Notes: a model not told the origin generated them from the sequence alone. Shown: positions 27,517-36,422, numbered from the stretch's first letter. The stretch is DNA of 64,000 bases from Christensenella sp. (GCA_022009775.1 CP091723.1:69345-133344); one strand, 5' to 3'. Made by a program: numbers and translations.

Positions 27517-29532
27517 ATGGATATATCTTCCGTCAACAGTGACCTTATTCGCGGCAACGTCACCACCATCATTCTCGGATGCTTGTGGGACACCGACAAA
27601 TACGGTTACGAAATTCTCAAAGAGATTGAAGACAAAAGCAACTCTCACTACGTTTTGAAACAAGCCACTCTTTACAATCAACTCAAAAGGTTGGAAAAGC
27701 AAGGGCTGGTTTCGTCATACGACGGAGACCCTGACGACACGGGTGGTGGCAAGCGCAGATACTATTCTCTCACAAAAGAAGGTCGCGCTTTCCTGAAAAA
27801 AGAAAAAGGCGAATACGAATACTCGCGCACCATTCTCGACAAACTTGTTTCAAACGACGAGTACGACTTCACCAACCCCATACCCTTTGACGCAAGCGAA
27901 CTTCGCCCCTACTCGAAGAGTGCGGAAGAAAAACCCAAAGTCGTGTACAAAGACAAAATCGTCGAGAAAAAAGTGTTCTTTGACCGCTACGGCAACGAAG
28001 TGAGCGCGCAAGATGCCGAACAACTGAGACTTCAGGCCGAACAGGAAGACGAACACGCACGCCTTAAAGACGAGCACGCACGCCTTAAAGACGAGCAACT
28101 AAAACAGCATGAAGAGCAATTAAGGCAATCGGAAGACGACATCCGCAGAAAGAACGAACTTTTGAAACAATCCGAAGAAGACGCCGCTCGCAACGCCGAA
28201 AAACTCCGCCAAAGCGAAGAAGAAGCGTTGAAAAAGGACGAACGTCTACGTCAAACCGAAGAACAGTTGAGAAAGAGCGAAGAAGACAGACAATTCGTCA
28301 AGAGTATGCTTCGCCAAATGGAAGAAGAGAAACTCCGCGCCGAAGAAGAAAAACGTATTGCCGACGAACGTGAACGCGAACGCCTTGCCGAAGAAGAACG
28401 TCTTCGTGCAGAAGAAGCGGAAAAGAAACGTCAGATGCAGGCAAAACCCGCTATGACCATCGAAGAGATGTTTGCAAAACTTGACGCCGAGAGCGAATAC
28501 AACCGTAATAGCGGCGAAACGCAAGTCTACTACGCACCCGAAAACGCCGAACCTATTGAACATACGTACGTCAACGCATACTCTTCACACCCCGTCGAAC
28601 AATCACATTCGCAATCGACGCTAAAAGACATATTCAAGCAACTTGACGAACGCGAGGCTCAAATCGACGCTCAAAACAAGCAAGATGAGCCTGAGCATGA
28701 GCCTGTGCGTGAAGAATACGCCCCCGCCGCTCCGCAAAACGTTGAGCAAGTACAGCCAGTTCAGACAGCACAACCTGTTCAAAATCAAAATACATACGCG
28801 GCGCGCGAGTATATGCCTGCCGAGATAGAAGGCGCAAATCAAAACTACTCTGCTCCTGCCGACAAAGGTCAGTTTGTCACTTCGGCGGTGGTAAATCGTC
28901 AAGAAGGCGGCTTTAAATACGAAAAAGACGACGTAAATTATCGCGAATTCTTCGTATCTCTTTCCGATAACAATCAAAAAGAGCAAGAAGAAGTCAAACC
29001 GCAACAAGTCGATTTTTCGGACAGCGACATCAAGACGAGATTGTATGCCAAAGGCTTCAAAATCCGCCCATACGACCGCGGAAATACAAGCGAATACTAC
29101 ACTTTCAACTTCATACAGTCCAATCGCATCAACCGTGACACGTTCCTTATCATTCTTGCGTTTTTCGTTGCAGAAGTTGCAATTATGTGGGCATCGCTCG
29201 GCACAAAAATAAGTTATACGTACTTCCTGCCCATTCTGTTGGTCGGAAGCGCACTTTGCCTTGTTCCCACCGTCGTGTATCTCACAAATCCGACGCGAAG
29301 AAAGAGAGCGAATTTCAACTTTAAGTTGTCATTGCTCAATCGCGGAATGTTGTTCATAGAACTCACCGTCGTGTGTATACTCATCGGTTTCTTCGGACTC
29401 GGCGCAAACGTCAACGATATTGACCTTATTCTAGAATCGATTGTGCTCCCGATGGTGCTTCTGACCAACCTGCCTCTCAGTTCACTCATCTACTGGTTGC
29501 TGTATAGGACGAGGAAATATCATACAGCTTGA
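27517..29532 (+). CDS. PadR-type wHTH fused to long charged coiled-coil, Gln/Pro-rich linker and C-terminal 4-TM anchor
   Basis: N-terminus ...YGYEILKEI...LYNQLKRLEKQGLV...RRYYSLTKEG matches PadR. About 170 aa of E/K/R/Q heptad-like repeats. Four hydrophobic helices at the C-terminus. GGAGA SD. Confidence 0.75.
   Translation: MDISSVNSDLIRGNVTTIILGCLWDTDKYGYEILKEIEDKSNSHYVLKQATLYNQLKRLEKQGLVSSYDGDPDDTGGGKRRYYSLTKEGRAFLKKEKGEYEYSRTILDKLVSNDEYDFTNPIPFDASELRPYSKSAEEKPKVVYKDKIVEKKVFFDRYGNEVSAQDAEQLRLQAEQEDEHARLKDEHARLKDEQLKQHEEQLRQSEDDIRRKNELLKQSEEDAARNAEKLRQSEEEALKKDERLRQTEEQLRKSEEDRQFVKSMLRQMEEEKLRAEEEKRIADERERERLAEEERLRAEEAEKKRQMQAKPAMTIEEMFAKLDAESEYNRNSGETQVYYAPENAEPIEHTYVNAYSSHPVEQSHSQSTLKDIFKQLDEREAQIDAQNKQDEPEHEPVREEYAPAAPQNVEQVQPVQTAQPVQNQNTYAAREYMPAEIEGANQNYSAPADKGQFVTSAVVNRQEGGFKYEKDDVNYREFFVSLSDNNQKEQEEVKPQQVDFSDSDIKTRLYAKGFKIRPYDRGNTSEYYTFNFIQSNRINRDTFLIILAFFVAEVAIMWASLGTKISYTYFLPILLVGSALCLVPTVVYLTNPTRRKRANFNFKLSLLNRGMLFIELTVVCILIGFFGLGANVNDIDLILESIVLPMVLLTNLPLSSLIYWLLYRTRKYHTA
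28048..28089 (+). repeat. in-frame tandem 21-nt repeat (DEHARLK x2) inside PadR-like gene
   Basis: GACGAACACGCACGCCTTAAA / GACGAGCACGCACGCCTTAAA. Confidence 0.8.
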
Positions 29533-29599
29533 GCAAAAATCGGCGCATGTTTACGGACACCGCACAGTTTGTGCGGTGCCCCTTTATATGCTAGATTTT

Positions 29600-29995
29600 T
29601 GCTCTTCTAACCGCGCCGAGAATTTGCGTACACTAAAATAATTGAACGTTTAAAACCCTAAATGCAACATTACCCCTTCCCTTCGGGCTTTCCCCTACTT
29701 CTCGAATATAGTACTTTCTCTTTTTAAGTACACATCGCTCGAAGAGGTGAAGGCGGCACTCGCATAGATAGGTATCGTCCCCTTATTATGCCACCACGCT
29801 TTGTGCGCCGGCTCCGCAACAACACGGCGCAGTCGCTCGTACAACCGTCAAGCTCGGCGCTTATCTCGGCGTTCGCCTTGCGAACGCTCACTTCGAATAT
29901 ACACATTCCGCGTATAAGTACCCATGAATGAGTGAACGTCAAAGACCGCTCCACAAACTCGCGGTTGGTGGCTTATATACACTTCTAACCGCATT
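29600..29995 (-). ncRNA. copy A of conserved structured non-coding element (unknown class)
   Basis: Shares long blocks with 35365-35820 and inverted 52261-52585, with compensatory changes in at least 2 helices. No conserved ORF. Strand inferred from G-U pairs in the other copies. Confidence 0.5.
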
Positions 29996-30003
29996 GATTA
30001 TAT

Positions 30004-30033
30004 AAAAAAGAACGGCGGATGCCGTTCTTTTTG
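30004..30033. terminator. bidirectional intrinsic terminator
   Basis: GAACGGC-GGAT-GCCGTTC flanked by an A-run and a T-run. Follows the hypA-like gene on the minus strand. Confidence 0.7.
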
Positions 30034-30051
30034 TGTTGATATGACGAGTGA

Positions 30052-30476
30052 TTATTCGCCTTTGCTTTGAGTTGAGTCCGTGCTGTCCGTTATTGCGGAT
30101 TGGGCGGATTCTTCTTCAACGATTTCGTCTTCGGGGACAAGAATTTCTTTGATCAAAAACTCTCTGCCCGACAACAAATCCTTGTCGAAAGAGTTGCATT
30201 TGGGGCAATATCCTTCATAGGCGATGACGTTGAACACTTCGCCGCAGTTGCGACATTTTGCCATACCCGGCACGATGTCGAGTTTCAACTTCGTGTGTTT
30301 TTGAAATAAGGCTTTTTGTCGATAGCGGCAGGCCAACATTCGTCAAGGTAAACGGGGATAACGCCGCACAATTCACCGACCTGCAAAACTATGGTGTCAA
30401 CGGCGGGGAGATTTTGCTCCACCGCCACTTGTTCCACCACTTTTACGACTTCAAAAACTATACCGAGTTCGTGCAT
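30052..30476 (-). pseudogene. hypA: HypA/HybF-like zinc-ribbon metallochaperone with acidic tail, frameshifted
   Basis: MHELGIV N-terminus (ORF 30285..30476) and CRNCG...CPKC zinc ribbon (ORF 30052..30339). The frames join if T5 at 30314-30318 is T6. Confidence 0.7.
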
Positions 30477-30479
30477 AAA

Positions 30480-33146
30480 TCAGTCCTTATCATTGGAAAG
30501 CGGCTTGGTGATGATTCTGCCAACGCGCTTAATTGCGTGTTTCGCCATTTCGAGCGGCAATTTTTCATACACTTTTGCCACAACGGTCTTGTCGTTTCTG
30601 ACAAGCTTGATTGCGTCAAACTTACACTTGGTGGTGCATTGACCGCAACCGACGCACATGTAGGTGTCCACTTTTGCCGCGCCGCAACCGAGACAACGAG
30701 CGGTTTCCGCTTTCATTTGCTCTTCGGTGAACGTTGCTCTTGTATCCTTGAACGTGCCGTCGTTTTCTTTGATGTGCAAAGGACGTTGACGTTTGACTGT
30801 GTCATAGCCGCCGAGTTCGAGATTGCTCTTGTCGAGTTCGACATAGACTCTTCTGTCTCTGCCGTACTTTTGAGTTTGTCCCGGCCACACTGCTCTATGC
30901 AACGAAATTGCACCTTCCTTGCCGCCTGCGATGGCGTTGATTGCAAACTTCGGTCCTGTCACGCAGTCGCCGCCTGCAACGATGTTCTTGTCGCCTGTGA
31001 CAAAGAATTCGTCAACCGCAACGGTGTTGTTTCTGTTGAGTTTTACGTTGGTGCCGTCAAGCAAGTTGCCCCACTCGATTCTTTGACCGATTGAGACGAG
31101 AACGTAGTCGGCAGGAACGACGATTGTGTCGTTTTCATCGTATTTGGGTGCGAATTTGCCTTCTTCGTTGAACACGGAGACGCATTTCTTGAATTCGACA
31201 CCGACAACTTTGCCGTCTTCCACAACGATACGTTTTGGTCCGAAACCGTTGTTGATGACGATGTTTTCGCTTTCTGCCTCTTCGATTTCTTCATTGAGAG
31301 CAGGCATTTCCGCTCTTTGTTCGAGCGAATACATATTGACGGTTGCCGCGCCTGTTCTGACAGCGGTTCTTGCCACGTCGATTGCGACGTTGCCGCCACC
31401 GATGACAACCACGTTGCCGTGGAGTTTCTCGCCTTTTTCGAGAGCAACGTCTTTGAGGAAGTCGACGCCGAGGATAACGCCTTTTGCGTCTTCGCCTTCA
31501 ATGCCGAGCTTTCTGCCTGCGCTTGCGCCGATTGCAAGATAGAATCCGTCAAAGCCTTCTTTCTTCAACTCGTCGATGGTCTTGTCTTTACCGACTTCGA
31601 CGCCGGTGACAAATTTGACGCCAAGCTCGCGCAAGATGTCGATTTCCGCTTCCACAACATCCTTTTCAAGTCTGAACGCAGGGATACCGAGCGTCATCAT
31701 GCCGCCGAGTTTGTTTTCTTTTTCAAAGACGGTGACGTTGTAGCCGTCAACTGCAAGATAGTATGCGCAAGAAAGTCCCGCAGGGCCTGAGCCGATGACA
31801 GCGATATTCTTCATAGAATAGTCGTGTTTCTTGGTGGGGATAAATCTTTCGCTGCTGTTCTTATCTTTGTCGGCGATGAATTTCTTGATTTCGTCGATTG
31901 CAACGCCCTTGTCGATTTGACCGCGCGTGCAAGCATCTTCGCACTTGTGCGGGCAGATACGGCCGCAGATTGCCGGGAACGGGTTTTCCTTCTTGATCAA
32001 TTCCAAAGCATCTTTGTATCTTCCCAAAGACGCAAGTCTGATGTAGCCTTGAACGGCGATGTGAGCAGGACATGCGGTCTTGCACGGCGCAGTGCCGGTT
32101 TCAAGAGTGTCTTGTCTGTTTTCACGGTAGTCCACGTTCCATTTGTCCTTGCCCCAAACGGTATTGCGGACTGTGTCGTATTTCTTGGTCTCGATAGGCG
32201 TCTTGGTGCAGAGCTTTTGACCGAGTTTGACAGCGTTGGTCGGGCAGTTTTCGACGCATTGACCGCAAGCGACGCAGTTTTCTTGATTGATTTCCGCGTG
32301 GTAGTTGCTTCTTTCAGCGTCCGGGCATTTGAACATCGTGGAGATACGAATTGCAAAGCACGAGCATGCGCAGCAGTTGCAAATTGCGGCGGATTCGCCC
32401 GGACCTTCGAGGTTGGGCATTTGGTGCATAAGACCGTTCTCTTCCGCTTTCTTGAAGATGGCTTCCGCCTCTTCTCTGGTGATTTGTCTTGCTTTGCCGG
32501 TCTTGATGAAGTATTCCGCGCCGGAACCCATTTGGACGCACATATCGTCTTCAAGGTGTCCGCAACCTTCGCCAATCAATCTTCTTGAACGGCGGCAGGA
32601 GCACGGAGACACGGAGAACGTGTCGTATTTGTCGAGATAATATGAGATTTTCTCATAAGGAACAGCTTGCGTATCGCTTGCGATTGCGGATTCGATGGGG
32701 ATAACTCTCATCATGCTTGCGCCGTAGGGCAACATCGTGCCCATAGACTCCATAAGTCCGCGTGTGTAAGCCTCAAACGCTTTTGCGATTTCGGGGTGCG
32801 CTTTGACGTTTTCGGTGCAACCGACCATCATTTCCAACGTACCGGGGGCAAAAATCTGCATGAAATACAGAGTTTGACCGTTCTCGGTGTAGATCTTCAA
32901 CACGCCGAGATGTCCCAGTCTGTCAAGAATCTTCTTGGTTTCGTCAAGCGATTTTCCGCACTTGTTTGCGACGTATTCGAGAGTTCTCGGTTTTCTTAGA
33001 CCAAGACTTGCGGCAACGTCTGCCTCTTCGTCAGTCAAGCAATTGAGCGCGTAGTACTCAGGGGATTCTTCAGTGATCTTACTCATCATACCGGCAATGC
33101 CACCCATAACTTTGACCAGATGAAGAATGCTTTTTCTCATAGCCAT
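30480..33146 (-). CDS. large Fe-S flavoprotein oxidoreductase (multiple 4Fe-4S motifs + GltD-like NAD(P)/FAD domain)
   Basis: 888 aa. CxxCxxCxxxCP ferredoxin motifs, IGSGPAGLSCAYYL and VIGGGNVAIDVAR dinucleotide folds. Confidence 0.8.
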   Translation of the reverse strand: MAMRKSILHLVKVMGGIAGMMSKITEESPEYYALNCLTDEEADVAASLGLRKPRTLEYVANKCGKSLDETKKILDRLGHLGVLKIYTENGQTLYFMQIFAPGTLEMMVGCTENVKAHPEIAKAFEAYTRGLMESMGTMLPYGASMMRVIPIESAIASDTQAVPYEKISYYLDKYDTFSVSPCSCRRSRRLIGEGCGHLEDDMCVQMGSGAEYFIKTGKARQITREEAEAIFKKAEENGLMHQMPNLEGPGESAAICNCCACSCFAIRISTMFKCPDAERSNYHAEINQENCVACGQCVENCPTNAVKLGQKLCTKTPIETKKYDTVRNTVWGKDKWNVDYRENRQDTLETGTAPCKTACPAHIAVQGYIRLASLGRYKDALELIKKENPFPAICGRICPHKCEDACTRGQIDKGVAIDEIKKFIADKDKNSSERFIPTKKHDYSMKNIAVIGSGPAGLSCAYYLAVDGYNVTVFEKENKLGGMMTLGIPAFRLEKDVVEAEIDILRELGVKFVTGVEVGKDKTIDELKKEGFDGFYLAIGASAGRKLGIEGEDAKGVILGVDFLKDVALEKGEKLHGNVVVIGGGNVAIDVARTAVRTGAATVNMYSLEQRAEMPALNEEIEEAESENIVINNGFGPKRIVVEDGKVVGVEFKKCVSVFNEEGKFAPKYDENDTIVVPADYVLVSIGQRIEWGNLLDGTNVKLNRNNTVAVDEFFVTGDKNIVAGGDCVTGPKFAINAIAGGKEGAISLHRAVWPGQTQKYGRDRRVYVELDKSNLELGGYDTVKRQRPLHIKENDGTFKDTRATFTEEQMKAETARCLGCGAAKVDTYMCVGCGQCTTKCKFDAIKLVRNDKTVVAKVYEKLPLEMAKHAIKRVGRIITKPLSNDKD

Positions 33147-33288
33147 AAAATTACCTCTTTTGAATTGTTTTTATTTTTTTGTTGATACCGATTTGTTACC
33201 GAGATACACCCTCTCGGTGCATACGAACCGCTCGTATGTGTATGCACGCATTGCGCAAATAATTATGTTCGCGCGCATGGGGTTATTC

Positions 33289-33822
33289 TCAAAGCAAGGC
33301 TTTGTATTTGTCGGGGATTGCGTTGTCGATTTGAAGAGCAAGCTCTTGCCTCGATATTCGCTTATCGCTGAACAACCAATCTTTGACGGCGTACACGCAG
33401 CCGTAGATGATCAGTTTTGCCGTATATATCTCTTCCTGGCTAAGACAACATCCACGCTTTTCTATGCACTTTTCATTCATGCGGTTGAAAGAATACTCAA
33501 AAACATACTGCTCGTATGAGTTTTCCCCAAGATACAAGAACGCATGCTTGACTCTGTTTATATCCTTTTCAAGAAATGCAAGAATGCTCAAAAACAATTC
33601 GTTCCAACTCTTGCAGGCGTTGCGCGTGAATATGTCGTCAAGCACTCTCTTGTAGTTGTAGTTCATCACGTCGTACTTGTCGAAAAAGTGACGATAGAAA
33701 GTGGATTTGGAAATTCCTGCCGTCTCAACGATCATATTGACCGTGATCTTGTCAAGTTGATATTTCCTTGACAAGACGTTGAAACTATCGGTTATGTGCT
33801 GTTTGGTTATATCCTTCGACAT
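33289..33822 (-). CDS. TetR family transcriptional regulator
   Basis: HTH ...ITVNMIVETAGISKSTFYRHF... Confidence 0.8.
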   Translation of the reverse strand: MSKDITKQHITDSFNVLSRKYQLDKITVNMIVETAGISKSTFYRHFFDKYDVMNYNYKRVLDDIFTRNACKSWNELFLSILAFLEKDINRVKHAFLYLGENSYEQYVFEYSFNRMNEKCIEKRGCCLSQEEIYTAKLIIYGCVYAVKDWLFSDKRISRQELALQIDNAIPDKYKALL

Positions 33823-34064
33823 TTCTTCACCGCGGCAAACAAGCAATAGTCGCTACGTTTGCAAATTTATCATTTTCATGATAATACCATATTGGTAAAG
33901 TTTTATCAATAAATATGGTACCTTTTGCCTTATTTGTCCCATTATGAAACTTTATACGCATTATGTCCCGTGACTGCTATTTACAAATATAAGTGGAATA
34001 TGTATCATTTTATTATAAAATTTTATCGATTGAAAAATCGACAAAGAAAAAACAGGAGTAAATT

Positions 34065-35069
34065 ATGGACAGCGAAAAGAAAGCATCCCGAGTCGAAAGG
34101 CTCAAAAAATGTTCGCCCCCGGCCCTGAAGCGATGAACTACAAAGTCACTCCGGGTCTCGACACCATTCTCAAATGGTTCATGTTTACGGTCACGATTCT
34201 TGGAGTTTCCGTCTTGACGTCAAAATTCCAAGCCTACGCAAACATCCCCTTCAACATCGTTCTTGGCATTATCGTGTTGATTGCAATGAAACCCGTCTTC
34301 TTCGAGACGTTGAAACTCACAACGTTGCTAGTTGGCAGAACGATCGTTTTGTTTGCATGTTTCGGACTTCTCCCCGGTCAAATCTTCGTGGTCGTCGTCT
34401 TGGGACTTTACATCATCAACGTTTTGGAAGCAACCATGACCGACTTCTTCAAGAACAAGCAATACTTCAACGGTGTTTCCGGTCTCTTCATCGCAATCGG
34501 CGCAGCGGCACTCTTCATCGGCTCAACTTGGGGCACAACTGCAACTGCAAACTCTCCGATCTACTACATCGACGGTTTCTCCAACCTCGGCAAGACCATC
34601 GAGTTCAATTCAAGCTACATTTTGGAACAAGTCAACCAATTCCGCGGCACTGTCACAAGCACGACATCCGTCGGTCTTGGCATCACCATCGCAACCATGA
34701 TTGCTTACACCATCTGGAACTGGCTCTTCGTCACCGGTGAATTCTCCTCTTCCGTTGCACTTATGCACGTCGGTTTCTTGCTCGCTCCGATCCTCGGCGT
34801 CTTCGTCGGTCCGCTCGTCGGTATGGGCAGATTCGGCATGGCTCCCCGACCCGGGTCTCTGGCTCTTGTTCAGAGCAAGCACCCTCACCTTCGGTGGAAT
34901 CATGCAAATCGGTGGCAAGAACTGGTTTGAACAAAACTTCTACTTCGAGAAGTTTGACAAAGCAGTCAACTACATCAAAAACAGCAAACCCATCCAAATC
35001 GTTTGCATGCTCATCTGCTGCTCTTTGATGACGTTCGCAGTTGTCGCAGGTTTTGTCCCCGCAAAATAA
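34065..35069 (+). pseudogene. multi-pass membrane protein of unknown function, probably two frameshifts
   Basis: AGGAG SD plus ATG at 34065. The frame changes at A6 34104-34109 and C4 34844-34847. ORFs 34109..34930 and 34701..35069 are both hydrophobic. Confidence 0.5.
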
Positions 35070-35240
35070 TAACGACTCGATTTGAAAAATCCAAAAGAGA
35101 CGCCGACGCGTCTCTTTTGTTTTTGCCGTGATTGTTCACACCCGATAGCAACAATTTGCCTTCCTTTGCTTGCGAATAATATCGTCAAATCGTTGACTAT
35201 TTCAAATTGAGTTGGTATAATAGACAAGCATTAAATATTT

Positions 35241-35315
35241 AGGGGAGTGGCTCAATGGTAGAGCAACGGTCTCCAAAACCGTCGGTTGCGTGTTCGAGTC
35301 GCGTCTCCCCTGCCA
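35241..35315 (+). tRNA. tRNA-Trp (CCA)
   Basis: AGGGGAGTGGCTCAATGGTAGAGC, anticodon loop CTCCAAA, encoded CCA. Confidence 0.9.
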
Positions 35316-35316
35316 A

Positions 35317-35346
35317 GAAAAAGCACCTTTTAGGTGCTTTTTTTCT
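35317..35346. terminator. bidirectional intrinsic terminator after tRNA-Trp
   Basis: GCACC-TTTTA-GGTGC extended by A/T pairs, with T-runs on both strands. Confidence 0.7.
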
Positions 35347-35364
35347 TGCAGTTTTTCTTTTTCT

Positions 35365-35820
35365 GCTTCTAAACAGTACACACTTTAAACTTTAATACAA
35401 CGTTACCCATTCCCTTCGGGCTTTGTCCGACTGCGGCGTTTGCAAAGCATCCGCCTTGTTCGCTTTGGCTACAATTCGTCCACTGGACGACTTGTTTTAC
35501 GCGTCGCGCCCTACTTCTCGAACATAGTGCTTTCTCTTTTTAGCCACACATCGCTCGGAGAGGGGAAGTCGGCACTCGCACAGATAAGTATCGTTCCCTT
35601 ATTATGCCACTTCGCCTGCGTGGCGGCTTGGCAACACAGTGCCACGCATTCTCGTACAACCATCTTGCTCGGCGCTTATCTCGGCGTTCGCCTTGCGAAC
35701 GCTAACTCCGAATAAGCATAGTCCGTTTATAAGAACACTTCGAATAGGCTTTCGTTTCGGGCGCAACCCAAAAACTTTGTCATCATGAGAGTATCGAAGG
35801 ATCTCGTGGAAACGAAACGC
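35365..35820 (-). ncRNA. copy B of conserved structured non-coding element (with ~84-nt extra domain)
   Basis: Collinear with copy A. Insertion at 35425-35508. Distal stem 35748-35758 x 35809-35820. Confidence 0.5.
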
Positions 35821-35939
35821 AAAACTTTTTCTGCGCCGTGCCATATATATTCATTGTTTATTATTGATTCCGATTAATTCTTTTTTCTCAATCTCACATT
35901 TATATTGCAAATCGTGGCTTTTTTGTGTACAATGAAATC

Positions 35940-36422
35940 ATGAAAAAGAAAGTTGACATATACACTGACGGAGCATGCTCGGGCAATCCCGGTATCGGCG
36001 GCTGGGGCGTTGTTATGCTCTACAAAGGACATAAAAAAGAAGAAAGCGGTGCTGAATCGTCTACGACGAACAACCGTATGGAACTCACCGCCATCATACA
36101 AGGACTGAAAATGCTCAAAGAGCCGTGCATCGTCACAGTGTACAGCGACAGCGCATATTCCGTCGAGCCGTTTCTCAAAGGTTGGATAAACGGCTGGGTT
36201 ATGAAAGGTTGGCGCACGGCAAGCAAAGACGAAGTGAAAAACGTCGATTTGTGGAAGGAACTTCTCTCCCTTATGCAAATCCACGAAGTGTCCTACGTGA
36301 AAGTCAAAGGTCATGCCGACAACGAACTTAACAACAGATGCGATTATCTTGCCAGAACCGCAATCAAGAAACTTCAAAAATCGATACCGGCAAGTATTCC
36401 GCCGATTCCCGACGGAATTTGA
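35940..36422 (+). CDS. rnhA: ribonuclease HI
   Basis: IYTDGACSGNPG...TNNRMEL...SDS...GHADNELNNRCD DEDD catalytic motifs. Confidence 0.9.
   Translation: MKKKVDIYTDGACSGNPGIGGWGVVMLYKGHKKEESGAESSTTNNRMELTAIIQGLKMLKEPCIVTVYSDSAYSVEPFLKGWINGWVMKGWRTASKDEVKNVDLWKELLSLMQIHEVSYVKVKGHADNELNNRCDYLARTAIKKLQKSIPASIPPIPDGI

Noticed and set aside
29724-29954. ORFs inside the conserved elements (29724..29954, 35602..35844, 52296..52631) as possible small proteins.
   Set aside because: Only a short stretch (VSVRKANAEISAE.DGCT) is shared by two of them. The third copy has no equivalent frame and there is no SD or start context. The nucleotide substitutions preserve base pairs rather than codons.
29604-29992. 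MITE (non-autonomous DNA transposon) interpretation of copy A.
   Set aside because: The 11-nt flanking direct repeat is suggestive, but there are no terminal inverted repeats. Copies differ by compensatory changes and domain insertions rather than random drift. This is kept only as a secondary possibility.
29600-29995. Group II intron or retron ncRNA as an explanation for the repeated elements.
   Set aside because: There is no GUGYG 5' end, no domain V-like GAGCCGTAT...ACGTACGGTTC hairpin, and no reverse-transcriptase or maturase ORF in or near any copy.
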